A stretch of 29,094 nucleotides of DNA from an uncultured archaeon (lineage in GTDB: Archaea; Iainarchaeota; Iainarchaeia; Iainarchaeales; CSSED10-239): contig CAZQEL010000003.1 in the NCBI GenBank assembly GCA_964591795.1, positions 22,184 through 51,277 of the forward strand. The letters run 5' to 3'. The position numbers and the translations under genes were made by a program. Position 1 is the first letter of the stretch; each line of letters starts with the position of its first letter. Of this stretch, positions 1 to 8,588 are shown piece by piece. The notes under the pieces were generated by a model that searched no databases, had not been told where the DNA came from, and was given only the letters and a program-made list of their open reading frames with translations.

Positions 1-338
1 TCAGGACAATCAAGTATTAATCTTTTTGGAATTGTTTTAAGACTTTTTACCATTTCTGCTGTTTTCATTGCTTCTATTTCATTTAAAGAATATCTGTTCA
101 TTAAAACATTTAATTCTTCAGCAGGCACAGCCATTATTTTATACTCAATTGAATTCTTTTGAATTATTGAAAAAAACTCAACTCTCTTTTTTTTTGATAA
201 AAGCTTTGAATCTTTCACACCTAATTTTTTAAAATAAATTTCTTGTTCATGACTTAATGTACATAATCCCATTACTAAAGACCCTAAAACACAACCTCTT
301 CCGGCTTCATCTACACCACTGTTATAATCTAAAGACAT
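1..338 (-). CDS. rnhB: Ribonuclease HII, N-terminal part (gene runs off the left window edge)
   Basis: Reverse-strand translation from the ATG at 338-336 gives MSLDYNSGVDEAGRGCVLGSLV...LGVKDSKLLSKKKR...LILDCP. It contains the DEAGRG catalytic motif and the DSK-LS motif of archaeal RNase HII. It is absent from the ORF track because the window edge truncates it. Confidence 0.85.
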   Translation of the reverse strand, partial: MSLDYNSGVDEAGRGCVLGSLVMGLCTLSHEQEIYFKKLGVKDSKLLSKKKRVEFFSIIQKNSIEYKIMAVPAEELNVLMNRYSLNEIEAMKTAEMVKSLKTIPKRLILDCP

Positions 339-475
339 ATTTTTTCACTATACATTAATAATATATGCTTTGATTTATAAATATAAGGTTAATAGTAAAA
401 AAATAACTATTTAAAAAGAGTTTTGTTTTCTAATATATATAGATATTATATTTAAATTAAAAAGGTGACAAAAAT

Positions 476-739
476 ATGCAAGCAACAATTTTAAGTAACA
501 GAAGAGGAGTTAGAACTCAATACAATAATCAATATATATTAAAAGTTGATGATGATAAATATATTGATAAAAAAACAGTTTCTACTCTTTTAGGTAAAAA
601 AGCAATTTTTAAAACTGGATCCGGAAAATCAATAACAGGTACAATAGTTTCTACTCACGGTAATAAAGGAGCTGTTAGAGTGATTTTTGAAAGAGGACTT
701 CCTGGAACAGCAATATCACAAAAAGTAGATGTTAAATAA
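476..739 (+). CDS. rpl35ae: Ribosomal protein eL33 (L35Ae)
   Basis: 87 aa. The segment GTIVSTHGNKGAVRVIFERGLPGTAI matches the conserved eL33 C-terminal signature (..HGNsG.vra.F...LP....G). AAAGGTGA Shine-Dalgarno lies about 7 nt upstream of the ATG. Confidence 0.9.
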   Translation: MQATILSNRRGVRTQYNNQYILKVDDDKYIDKKTVSTLLGKKAIFKTGSGKSITGTIVSTHGNKGAVRVIFERGLPGTAISQKVDVK

Positions 740-745
740 ACTCTA

Positions 746-767
746 TTTTTTTGTTCTTTTTTTTTTT
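746..767 (+). terminator. Oligo-T tract (T7 then T11) immediately after the rpl35ae stop, archaeal-type terminator candidate
   Basis: ctctaTTTTTTTgttcTTTTTTTTTTTaaa lies directly 3' of the TAA at 737-739. Archaeal transcription commonly terminates at oligo-T runs. Confidence 0.4.
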
Positions 768-820
768 AAAACAAAATTAATTATTTTCTTTAGAATCAGA
801 TTCGTCAACAGTAGTTTTTT

Positions 821-1285
821 TTAAATTTGATTTTTCAATTTTTTTTTCTGAATAGTTTTATTAATTGTTTTAAAAACTTCTGCATAATTTCTATAATTTA
901 CATTTTGTTTAGGAATAACTTTTGGTTTTTTAACCACAGGAGTATTAATTTCTTCAAGAACAATTGAATTATGTGTCTGTATTAATTCTTTTGGAAAAGG
1001 AACTGCTGGTTTATCATTAACTGGTTTTAATAAAGATTGATCTTGAATTGTAGTTGAAACTACATTTTCTTCAACAGAAATATTATATTTACTAGCAATT
1101 TCTTTAGAAGTATACCTTATATTTGTATATTTAAAATAAATAACTAATAAACCATAAAACACAATAACTAAACCTAACACTAATATTGCAGGATTAATAA
1201 ACACTAAAGAAAAATAATATAAAAGTAAATATAATACTCCTGAAATAATTATTGAAAGATATAAAGATTTAATAAATTTATTCAT
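821..1285 (-). CDS. Hypothetical membrane protein (two N-terminal hydrophobic helices, Lys-rich soluble tail)
   Basis: 154-aa ORF with ATG start. The N-terminus SLYLSIIISGVLYLLLYYFSLVFINPAILVLGLVIVFYGLLVIYF is strongly hydrophobic. No family recognised. Confidence 0.5.
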   Translation of the reverse strand: MNKFIKSLYLSIIISGVLYLLLYYFSLVFINPAILVLGLVIVFYGLLVIYFKYTNIRYTSKEIASKYNISVEENVVSTTIQDQSLLKPVNDKPAVPFPKELIQTHNSIVLEEINTPVVKKPKVIPKQNVNYRNYAEVFKTINKTIQKKKLKNQI

Positions 1286-1367
1286 ATAAACTCACTTTTA
1301 AAAAACATTGTTATTATATTATATATATTAAAGAATATAAACTTATTTATTTTGAACAAGAATACAT

Positions 1368-2129
1368 ATGAAAGAAAAAATACTTGCAATCACAAAAAAA
1401 AGAGTTAAGGAAAAGTTAGAAAATCCAGATCAGAAAATAATTAACTTATCTTTAATTCTCGAAAAGCTACAACTCAGGATAAATGAAGTAACTGAATTGT
1501 TAAAAATTATTACAGATCAAGAATATCCTTCCATTGATCAAATTCTTACAATTAAAGAATATTGTTCTTTTTATATTTTAAAAAATAAAACTAAGGAAGA
1601 CTTAAAAGAACTTAAAATTGATGAAAATAAAATTAATGAAATAATTGATATATTGTCTCAAAAAATTGGAATAGTATTAAAAGATGAAATAAAAGACATC
1701 ACAACATCCCTTGCAAAAAATATTCTTGATATGATAAAAGTTAAAGAAAAAATTGAAACTGAAATTGACATATTAATTAAAGCTAATTATATTAATCTTT
1801 ATTCAATAGCAAGTCCAAAAATTGCATGTAAAATGATTGAAATTGCAGGTTCTTTTGAAAAACTTGCAAGGTACCCTGCATCAACAATACAACTACTAGG
1901 GTCTGAAAAATCGTTCTTTAAAGCACTTAAGTTTAATAAAAGGACACCTAAGTATGGTATATTATACAATCACCCATTAATTATCAACTTATCAAACAGA
2001 AATAAAGGGCGAATGGCAAGAACAATAGCATCAAAGATTTCTTTAGGACTTAAATCTGATATTGGTAAAAAAGATATATCAAAAGAAATACTAGAAAAAA
2101 TAAAAATAAAAATAAGTGAATTAAAATGA
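1368..2129 (+). CDS. nop5: C/D box sRNP core protein Nop5 (Nop56/58 family), short form without a recognisable N-terminal domain
   Basis: C-terminal Nop domain AGSFEKLARYPASTIQLLGSEKSFFKALKFNKRTPKYGILYNHPLI...NKGRMARTIASKISLGLKSD. A NOSIC-like helix (LRINEVTELLKIITDQEYPSIDQIL) begins at about aa 30. The stop overlaps the fibrillarin start in ATGA. Confidence 0.85.
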   Translation: MKEKILAITKKRVKEKLENPDQKIINLSLILEKLQLRINEVTELLKIITDQEYPSIDQILTIKEYCSFYILKNKTKEDLKELKIDENKINEIIDILSQKIGIVLKDEIKDITTSLAKNILDMIKVKEKIETEIDILIKANYINLYSIASPKIACKMIEIAGSFEKLARYPASTIQLLGSEKSFFKALKFNKRTPKYGILYNHPLIINLSNRNKGRMARTIASKISLGLKSDIGKKDISKEILEKIKIKISELK

Positions 2130-2725
2130 ATAAGGGAATTATTTATACAGGTAAGGATATTAAAACTAAAGATACTACAACTGGGAAACTTAGAGAATGG
2201 GATCCTACTAGATCAAAAGTTGCAGCAGGAATTAAAAAAGGAATAATTCCAAATATTAAGGAAAATGATAAAGTATTATATTTAGGTGCTGCTGAAGGTT
2301 ACACAATAGCGTATATATCAGATATTTTACCTAAAGGTACAGTTTATGGAATTGACATATCACCTTACAGTATGCAAAAACTTCTTTTAGCTGCTCATAG
2401 AAGAAAAAATTTAATTCCTATCTTAGCTGACTGTAATAAGGTTGATGAATATAAAGATTTAATACTTGAAAAACAAGATTTTATTATTCAAGATATTGCT
2501 CAAAAAAATCAAGTAGAAATACTAATTAAAAATGCTGATCTATTTTTAAAAAAAAAAGGTTATGTGCTATTAAGTCTTAAACTTTCTGCAATATCACAAA
2601 AAAACCATAAAAAAACAACTGAAGATCAATTGACCATATTCAGACAAAAATTTAATATTATTAATCAAAGAAGACTTGACCCTTTTGAAAAAAAACACGT
2701 TTTAATTTATGGTCAAAAAAAATAA
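2126..2725 (+). CDS. flpA: Fibrillarin-like rRNA/tRNA 2'-O-methyltransferase
   Basis: 199 aa. It has KLREWDPTRSKVAAGI and the SAM-binding motif VLYLGAAEGYTIAYISDI, followed by VYGIDISP and ILADCN, a typical fibrillarin motif order. It is translationally coupled to nop5. Confidence 0.9.
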   Translation: MNKGIIYTGKDIKTKDTTTGKLREWDPTRSKVAAGIKKGIIPNIKENDKVLYLGAAEGYTIAYISDILPKGTVYGIDISPYSMQKLLLAAHRRKNLIPILADCNKVDEYKDLILEKQDFIIQDIAQKNQVEILIKNADLFLKKKGYVLLSLKLSAISQKNHKKTTEDQLTIFRQKFNIINQRRLDPFEKKHVLIYGQKK

Positions 2726-2729
2726 ATAA

Positions 2730-2918
2730 TTATTTTTTAATACTTAAAAAATATTCAACTGACCTATCATAAGTCTTTTCTTGTTCTTTTGTAAAATAAC
2801 ATGCAGGAAGTTCATTTCTATTTCTGTGAAATCTAATACATTCACAACAAATTCCTTTTTTTGAACAATCATAAGTACAAGGACAACTTTTTAAATTAAT
2901 TTCTTTTTTACATTCCAT
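2730..2918 (-). CDS. Small cysteine-rich protein (7 Cys plus 1 His; resembles the CxC..C..CCxC..H..C 'DUF6485'-type family)
   Basis: [42 protein letters not shown]... The track ORF starts at a TTG (2939). The ATG at 2918 is preceded by AGGTG with about 6 nt spacing, so I call the shorter 62-aa form. Confidence 0.6.
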   Translation of the reverse strand: MECKKEINLKSCPCTYDCSKKGICCECIRFHRNRNELPACYFTKEQEKTYDRSVEYFLSIKK

Positions 2919-3003
2919 ACTAACACCTAATTTAAACAAATCAAAGAATATATCCTAATAAAAAAAATAAAAAAAAGAATAATAGTTTTTTTAAAAAGAA
3001 CTA

Positions 3004-3618
3004 TTATTCTTTAATATAAATTCTTTTTATAATTACATCCTCTACAGGCCAATCACTATATGCACCAAATTTTGTAGTTGTTTTAGAATTTTCAATTTTT
3101 AAAACTATATCCATACCAGAAACAACTTTACCAAATACTGCATAACCTGGATTTGGAGAATTTTCATAGTTTAAAAACAAATTATCAGCAATATTTATAA
3201 AAAATTGGCTAGTTGCTGAATTAGGATCCATAGTTCTTGCCATAGCAAGAGTACCTTTAGTATTACTTAACTTAGTTTTATTTGTATCCTCTAAAACAAT
3301 TGCAGGATTGTTTATTTTTTCAGATCCAGTTGCTAAAAATCCGCCACCTTGAATCATAAAGCCCTTAATTACTCTATGATAAACAGTACCATCATAAAAA
3401 TTAGCATCAACATATTTTTTAAAATTTGCAACAGTTATTGGAGCATTCTTATCAAAAAGCTCAATATCAATATTTCCTAAAGATGTTTCAATTGTCATCA
3501 TGGTAGGGTACCTCTCTTTTATAGTTGATGGTTTTTTATTTAAAAAAGTTATAAAAATAACAGCTAAAATAACTAAAATAAATATAAACCCAAAAATAAT
3601 TATTTTTGTTGTCTTCAT
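3004..3618 (-). CDS. ppiB: Cyclophilin-type peptidyl-prolyl cis-trans isomerase with N-terminal membrane anchor/signal
   Basis: YHRVIKGFMIQGGG, LAMARTMDPNSATSQFFINIADN and GYAVFGKVVSGMDIV are classic cyclophilin motifs. The N-terminus KIIIFGFIFILVILAVIFITFL is hydrophobic. Confidence 0.9.
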   Translation of the reverse strand: MKTTKIIIFGFIFILVILAVIFITFLNKKPSTIKERYPTMMTIETSLGNIDIELFDKNAPITVANFKKYVDANFYDGTVYHRVIKGFMIQGGGFLATGSEKINNPAIVLEDTNKTKLSNTKGTLAMARTMDPNSATSQFFINIADNLFLNYENSPNPGYAVFGKVVSGMDIVLKIENSKTTTKFGAYSDWPVEDVIIKRIYIKE

Positions 3619-3946
3619 ATTAATATATAGATTGAAAATATTTATAAAATAAATGTTTAAATAACTAAGCTAAAAATAAAATAAAAAAAATCAGTTTAGA
3701 ACAACTAAAAGGCAAAGATCTATCTTTAAGAGCTACTTTTTTAATATATCCAGACGAAATAATAAAAACATTTAAATTTCATAATAATAATATTGAAATA
3801 AATGTACATGAACTTATTAGAAAAATAAAAATAGCTAAGTTTACAAAAAAACATAATAAAAAAAATTATTCTATGAACTAATACCCTGGTAAAAAAACTC
3901 TTAAACTAGGTATTGATTTAGTTGGAAAGATTTAATTTTTTTCCAC

Positions 3947-4303
3947 CTAATAATTAAAAGGCAATTTTAAAATATTAAGTTTAATTAATATAACAATTAT
4001 TAAAGTATAACCTATTGAAATCAAAATATTAATAATTAGTTCTTTTTTACTTAATTTACTATTTTTAGAAACTACTTTTTTTACTCCATAATGCATTAAA
4101 AGCATACCAGCTATATTTGTTAGCCAATAAAAAATAATCATACTCTCTAAAAAAATATTTTTCACTAAAAATGAAAATAAATATGCAAAACCATAAGAAA
4201 GTGGAATATTAACAAGCATATCATTCCAGAAAGATAATGGGGATAAAATATACCCAAGAACAACTAAAAAACCACCTTTAAAATAATCATTTATATTCTT
4301 CAT
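3947..4303 (-). CDS. Small polytopic membrane protein, unknown function, directly abutting glyS
   Basis: 118 aa with 3-4 hydrophobic segments (GGFLVVLGYILSPLSFWNDMLVNIPLSYGFAYLFSFLV...). Its ATG (4303-4301) immediately follows the glyS stop (4306-4304), implying co-transcription. Confidence 0.5.
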   Translation of the reverse strand: MKNINDYFKGGFLVVLGYILSPLSFWNDMLVNIPLSYGFAYLFSFLVKNIFLESMIIFYWLTNIAGMLLMHYGVKKVVSKNSKLSKKELIINILISIGYTLIIVILIKLNILKLPFNY

Positions 4304-5806
4304 TTAAAACAACTTTTGTTTTTCAAAATACAAATCAAATAAAAGATTTTCAAGGTTATCTATTGGTATTCTTTTCTGTTCAAATGTATCCCTATCTCTT
4401 ATTGTAACTGTATTATCTTCTTTTGTTTGATGATCAATTGTAATACAATAATTACATCCAATTTCATCAAGACGAGCATATCTTTTTCCAATAGATCCTT
4501 TTTCATCAAAGAAAGTTTCAAAAATACCATGTGTTTTATTTAAAATATTTTTATTAATATCCTCTGCAATTTCAAGAAGTCCATCTTTTTTAACTAAAGG
4601 TAGAACTGCACAAAAATAAGGAGATATTTTTGGTTTTAAATGTAATACATTTCTTAGTTCTTCATTTTGTTTTTTAACTTCAAATGAATTTTCTAAAATT
4701 ACATAAAATAATCTATCAAGACCAATTGAAGAAACTTCTAAAACATGAGGATTAATTATTTTACCTTCTTCTTTAACTGATAAATCTTTTTTAGAACCAA
4801 CACCGTGTGCTTTTAAATCATGATCAGTTCTATAATTAAATGAAAAAAGTTCAATCCATCCTAGACTACTATTAACTTCTAAATCAAAAGTTTGTTTTGA
4901 ATAAAAAGCTCTATCATTATTAGAAACTTCCCTAAATCTTAAGTCTTGATGCTTAATACCAATACCATCTAAAAACTTTTGTTTTAAATAAAGATAAAAA
5001 GTTAATACTTTTCCTAAAGAAATATTTTGCTCTGTAATTTCTTTTACAGTATAATCTTTTTCAACATTATCTTTTAAAAGTTTAAATCTAATCTTGTAAT
5101 CTAAAATTTTTGATAAATCATAATCATTTATTTTATCAGGATCAAAGAACATTTCAGTTTCAAGTTGTTCAAACTCTCTACATCTAATTAAACCTTGTCT
5201 TGGAGAAATTTCATTTCTGTAAACTTTTCCATGTTGTGAAATTGTTAATGGTAAAGGATATCTTGAAGCTTTATAAATTCTAGGAAAATCTAAAAAAATA
5301 GATTGACAAGACTCTCCTCTTAAATAACCTTTATTTCCATCCTGGACACCTACATTTATATAAGCCATTAAATTAAATCTTTTAATGTTTATTAAATCTC
5401 CATCATCTTCAGATTTAATTTTATTATCAGTAATTAATTTTTGATATTCTTCAATAGATAATCCTTCAGGAATTTCAGTTCCAAGTTTATCGGATAAATA
5501 TTTATCAAGCTTATAAGCTCTGCCTGTTTTAGAACAAGTAGCTATAGGATCATCAAAATTTTTTAAATGTCCTGAAGCTTGAAAAACTGCTTCGGGTAAA
5601 ATTATTGATCCGGATATTTCTTCGAAATTATTTTTTCTTACAAATTCATTTCTCCAAAAATTAATTATATTTACTCTGATTCTATTTCCTAGCGGACCAT
5701 ATTCAAAAAAACCTGCAAAGTTTTTAGAATAAATTTCTGCTGAAGGAAAATAAAATGCTCTTGTAGCTATCATTTCATTAAATTTATTTACTTTTAAATT
5801 ATCCAT
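4304..5806 (-). CDS. glyS: Glycine--tRNA ligase (archaeal/eukaryotic-type class II)
   Basis: 500 aa. The N-terminus RAFYFPSAEIYSKNFAGFFEYGPLGNRIR matches the GlyRS motif (fF.pS.EIYgg.aGf.DYGPlG). It also has the class II core FRNEISPRQGLIRCREFEQLE and an anticodon-binding C-terminus (GKRYARLDEIG). Confidence 0.9.
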   Translation of the reverse strand: MDNLKVNKFNEMIATRAFYFPSAEIYSKNFAGFFEYGPLGNRIRVNIINFWRNEFVRKNNFEEISGSIILPEAVFQASGHLKNFDDPIATCSKTGRAYKLDKYLSDKLGTEIPEGLSIEEYQKLITDNKIKSEDDGDLINIKRFNLMAYINVGVQDGNKGYLRGESCQSIFLDFPRIYKASRYPLPLTISQHGKVYRNEISPRQGLIRCREFEQLETEMFFDPDKINDYDLSKILDYKIRFKLLKDNVEKDYTVKEITEQNISLGKVLTFYLYLKQKFLDGIGIKHQDLRFREVSNNDRAFYSKQTFDLEVNSSLGWIELFSFNYRTDHDLKAHGVGSKKDLSVKEEGKIINPHVLEVSSIGLDRLFYVILENSFEVKKQNEELRNVLHLKPKISPYFCAVLPLVKKDGLLEIAEDINKNILNKTHGIFETFFDEKGSIGKRYARLDEIGCNYCITIDHQTKEDNTVTIRDRDTFEQKRIPIDNLENLLFDLYFEKQKLF

Positions 5807-5878
5807 AATTGTTCACATTATATTTAATAATCAAATAATATAAATACATATTGGTTTAATAAATATTTATATTAAAAT

Positions 5879-5963
5879 GCAGGGGTACCCAAGCGGTCAA
5901 AGGGGCACGGCTTAGGACCGTGTGCTTAGTGCTTCGCAGGTTCGAATCCTGCCTCTTGCACCA
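5879..5963 (+). tRNA. tRNA-Leu (anticodon UAG), long variable arm, genomically encoded CCA
   Basis: Hand-folded cloverleaf. Acceptor GCAGGGG/CTCTTGC, D stem CCC/GGG with GG in the loop, anticodon stem CACGG/CCGTG, loop CT-TAG-GA, 13-nt variable arm, T arm GCAGG-TTCGAAT-CCTGC, discriminator A, then CCA. It is the only GC-rich island in this stretch. TTTATATT lies upstream and TTATTTT downstream. Confidence 0.9.
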
Positions 5964-5990
5964 TTATTTTACTCGAGCTAAGAAAAACAA

Positions 5991-7007
5991 ATGAAAACTA
6001 ATTTTAATTTTAAAGAAACAGAATATAATGTAAAAAAATATATTGAATTAATTGTAAAAGATCTTTCAAAATATGAATTTAAAACATTTAATTTAGGTTG
6101 TTCTTATCCAAATATTTTAGATGAAGATGAAAAACTTCTTTTAAAAAAAGAATTTCAATACATATTAACAAAAGAAGTTGAAAAACAAACAAACTCAATA
6201 AGACTTCCCGATAACTACGATATTGAAATTTTAATTGATTTTAATTATAAAAATATAGAATATAAAATATTTCCAATATATATTTATGGTATATATAACA
6301 AATACTCAAGAGAGTTACCACAAACAAAATACTACTGTTTTAAATGTAGAGGAAGAGGTTGTAATTTTTGTGGTTACAAAGGAGTATTAAAAGATACTTC
6401 TTTAGAAGAAAAAATATCTCTATACTTTAAAGATTTTTCAGCAACAGAAGAATGTATATTTCATGGTGCTGGTAGAGAAGATGTTAATGTTTTAATGCTT
6501 GGTAACGGACGAGAATTTATACTTGAAGTAATTGAACCATTAAAAAGAAATATAGAAAACTTAAACGAAATTGAAAAAAAAATTAATCTTAAAGAAACAG
6601 ATCTTAAAGTAACAAATTTAAAACTAGAACAAAAAGTAAAAGTAAAAGAAATAAAACAAAAAAAACTTTACAAACTTTATAGAGCAAATATTACATTAAC
6701 TGAAGAAATAAAAAGAGAAGATTTAAATAAAATTCCACTAAATATTGAAATAGATGTTGTTCAAACAACCCCTAAAAGAGTTGAAAAAAGACGTGCTAAC
6801 CTTGATAGGAAAAGAAAATGCACAATTTTAAAAACAGAATTTATTTCAGAAAAAGAAATAATAGTTGAAATAAAAGCAGAAGCCGGCCTTTACATTAAAG
6901 AATTTATATCAAGTGACGATATACGGACAACTCCTTCAATTAAAGAATATTTAAAAAAAAATTGTGTTTGTTCACAATTAGATGTTATTTGGATTTATAG
7001 ATATTAA
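5991..7007 (+). CDS. pus10: tRNA pseudouridine(54/55) synthase Pus10
   Basis: Zn-ribbon-like CFKCRGRGCNFCGYKG, catalytic region HGAGREDVNVLMLGNGREFILEV, and C-terminal GLYIKEFISSDDIRTTPS. Motif order is as in archaeal Pus10. Confidence 0.85.
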   Translation: MKTNFNFKETEYNVKKYIELIVKDLSKYEFKTFNLGCSYPNILDEDEKLLLKKEFQYILTKEVEKQTNSIRLPDNYDIEILIDFNYKNIEYKIFPIYIYGIYNKYSRELPQTKYYCFKCRGRGCNFCGYKGVLKDTSLEEKISLYFKDFSATEECIFHGAGREDVNVLMLGNGREFILEVIEPLKRNIENLNEIEKKINLKETDLKVTNLKLEQKVKVKEIKQKKLYKLYRANITLTEEIKREDLNKIPLNIEIDVVQTTPKRVEKRRANLDRKRKCTILKTEFISEKEIIVEIKAEAGLYIKEFISSDDIRTTPSIKEYLKKNCVCSQLDVIWIYRY

Positions 7008-7008
7008 A

Positions 7009-7638
7009 TTATTTTAAAATAGTTCCAGTTTCAAGATACCACAAATAAAAATCTAATTCTCCTTGACTTAATTTTAATTTTTTACATAAGGATTCTAAAA
7101 TCATTTCAATTTCAAGATATTTTTGTCTATTTAAAGATTTTGGACGTTCTTTTAAATAACCTTCTTTTATTAAAATATCAATTATATGAAAATCAATAAT
7201 TGCATAATTAAAAAAACCAATATTTCTTAAAAAATGAGAAGCTTCTTTATAGGATATACCTTTAATATTTTCAGAAAACCAATCTCTTAAATCATTTTTA
7301 TCTTTAAAAGTTTTTAAAACCTCTTTAAGATTAGATAAAAATTTTCTATTATAAACAATATACTTAGCCCTTAAATTTGGATATCTATAACCAAATTCTT
7401 TTAATTTTAAGGACAAATCCTTTAAAGTAAGTGTAATAAAACCATTATTTATTTTATTTTGAATAAAAATAGCTTTTTTTGCATTATAATTTGCAGTTAA
7501 AACACAAAATGACAGCTCTTTAAATAATTCCTTATTGGGCTTAATTTTAATTGTTGAAAACAAAAGTAACTTTTCATCAATAATCCCTTTTATATATGTT
7601 TTTTTTAAAGAGTTTATTTTTTTAATTAAATCAGCCAT
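7009..7638 (-). CDS. ogg: 8-oxoguanine DNA glycosylase / N-glycosylase-DNA lyase (archaeal Ogg2-like, HhH-GPD fold)
   Basis: FCVLTANYNAKKAI plus the helix-hairpin-helix segment GISYKEASHFLRNIGFFNYAIIDFHIIDIL. The track start at 7650 is a TTG, so I call the ATG at 7638 (MADLIKK...). Confidence 0.8.
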   Translation of the reverse strand: MADLIKKINSLKKTYIKGIIDEKLLLFSTIKIKPNKELFKELSFCVLTANYNAKKAIFIQNKINNGFITLTLKDLSLKLKEFGYRYPNLRAKYIVYNRKFLSNLKEVLKTFKDKNDLRDWFSENIKGISYKEASHFLRNIGFFNYAIIDFHIIDILIKEGYLKERPKSLNRQKYLEIEMILESLCKKLKLSQGELDFYLWYLETGTILK

Positions 7639-7750
7639 TTTAAATCCCAACTCTATTATATAAGAATATTATAAAACCAAAAGATATTAAACTGTTTTTA
7701 AAAATAGATATATTTATTAAATATTTATATTTATATATAATAGATTAAAT

Positions 7751-8587
7751 ATGAAAAGTATATTAGAATATTTAGATGAAGTGCTTATTTTATCAAGAGA
7801 AGTTTATAGGACTATTAAAGAACCACTATACAAACTTCAAAAAAAAGAACTTACAGACACATTAACTGAGATTAAGAACAATTTAGATTTTTTATCAAAA
7901 AAAATATTAGAACTTAATAAATATACTGTAATTCAATATTCTTCAGAGTTAAATGTATCTAAAATGGATTTGTTTTATCAAAATTTTTTAATGATATCAA
8001 ACAAAATTAATTCTCAAATATTCTTAGAAATAAATAAAAAAGAAATTAATCATGAACTGGTTAATATTAAAGAAGCAATTACAAGACCTCAAACTTTTTA
8101 TGATATTGAAGAACAATTAAAAAATGAATTAAATTTATTTATTAACTTTGTTGAAGAAACCAAAACTAAAGTTAAATACAAATATGTAGATATTACAAAT
8201 CAAAAGAAATCAATTGAAGAACTTTTGAGAATAACATATGATAAAGAACAACAAATAAAAGAACTTACTAAAAAAGTATCTGATTTTAAATGGCTTGAAG
8301 CAAAAGAAAAAGCAAAAGAATCATTAATAACAAATTTAGAACACGATTTAATTAAAAAAATTAAAATTAATGAAAAAAATTCAGTTGTGTTAAATATACA
8401 ACTTGTAAAAGTAGAAAATGAAATTTCAGAAATGTATAGAATTATTAAAAGACTTGGTAATGATTTTACTGAAATAGAAAGAAGTAATTTAGAAAAAGAA
8501 AAAATAGCATTAGAATTAATTAAAGAACTCAAAGATGAATTATTAAGTTCTAGATACGCATTAGCTAAAATGCACGAGGGTAAATAA
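7751..8587 (+). CDS. Cytoplasmic coiled-coil protein, unknown function
   Basis: 278 aa with no hydrophobic segment. It is Lys/Glu/Leu/Ile-rich with heptad-like periodicity through most of its length. The stop lies 1 nt before the next ATG. Confidence 0.6.
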   Translation: MKSILEYLDEVLILSREVYRTIKEPLYKLQKKELTDTLTEIKNNLDFLSKKILELNKYTVIQYSSELNVSKMDLFYQNFLMISNKINSQIFLEINKKEINHELVNIKEAITRPQTFYDIEEQLKNELNLFINFVEETKTKVKYKYVDITNQKKSIEELLRITYDKEQQIKELTKKVSDFKWLEAKEKAKESLITNLEHDLIKKIKINEKNSVVLNIQLVKVENEISEMYRIIKRLGNDFTEIERSNLEKEKIALELIKELKDELLSSRYALAKMHEGK

Positions 8588-8588
8588 T

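Noticed and set aside
8200-8532. 110-aa minus-strand ORF inside the coiled-coil gene
   Set aside because: It is entirely antisense to a longer and better-supported CDS. The product is Ser/Phe/Ile/Leu-rich low-complexity sequence, typical of the shadow frame of a Lys/Glu/Asn-rich gene in AT-rich DNA.
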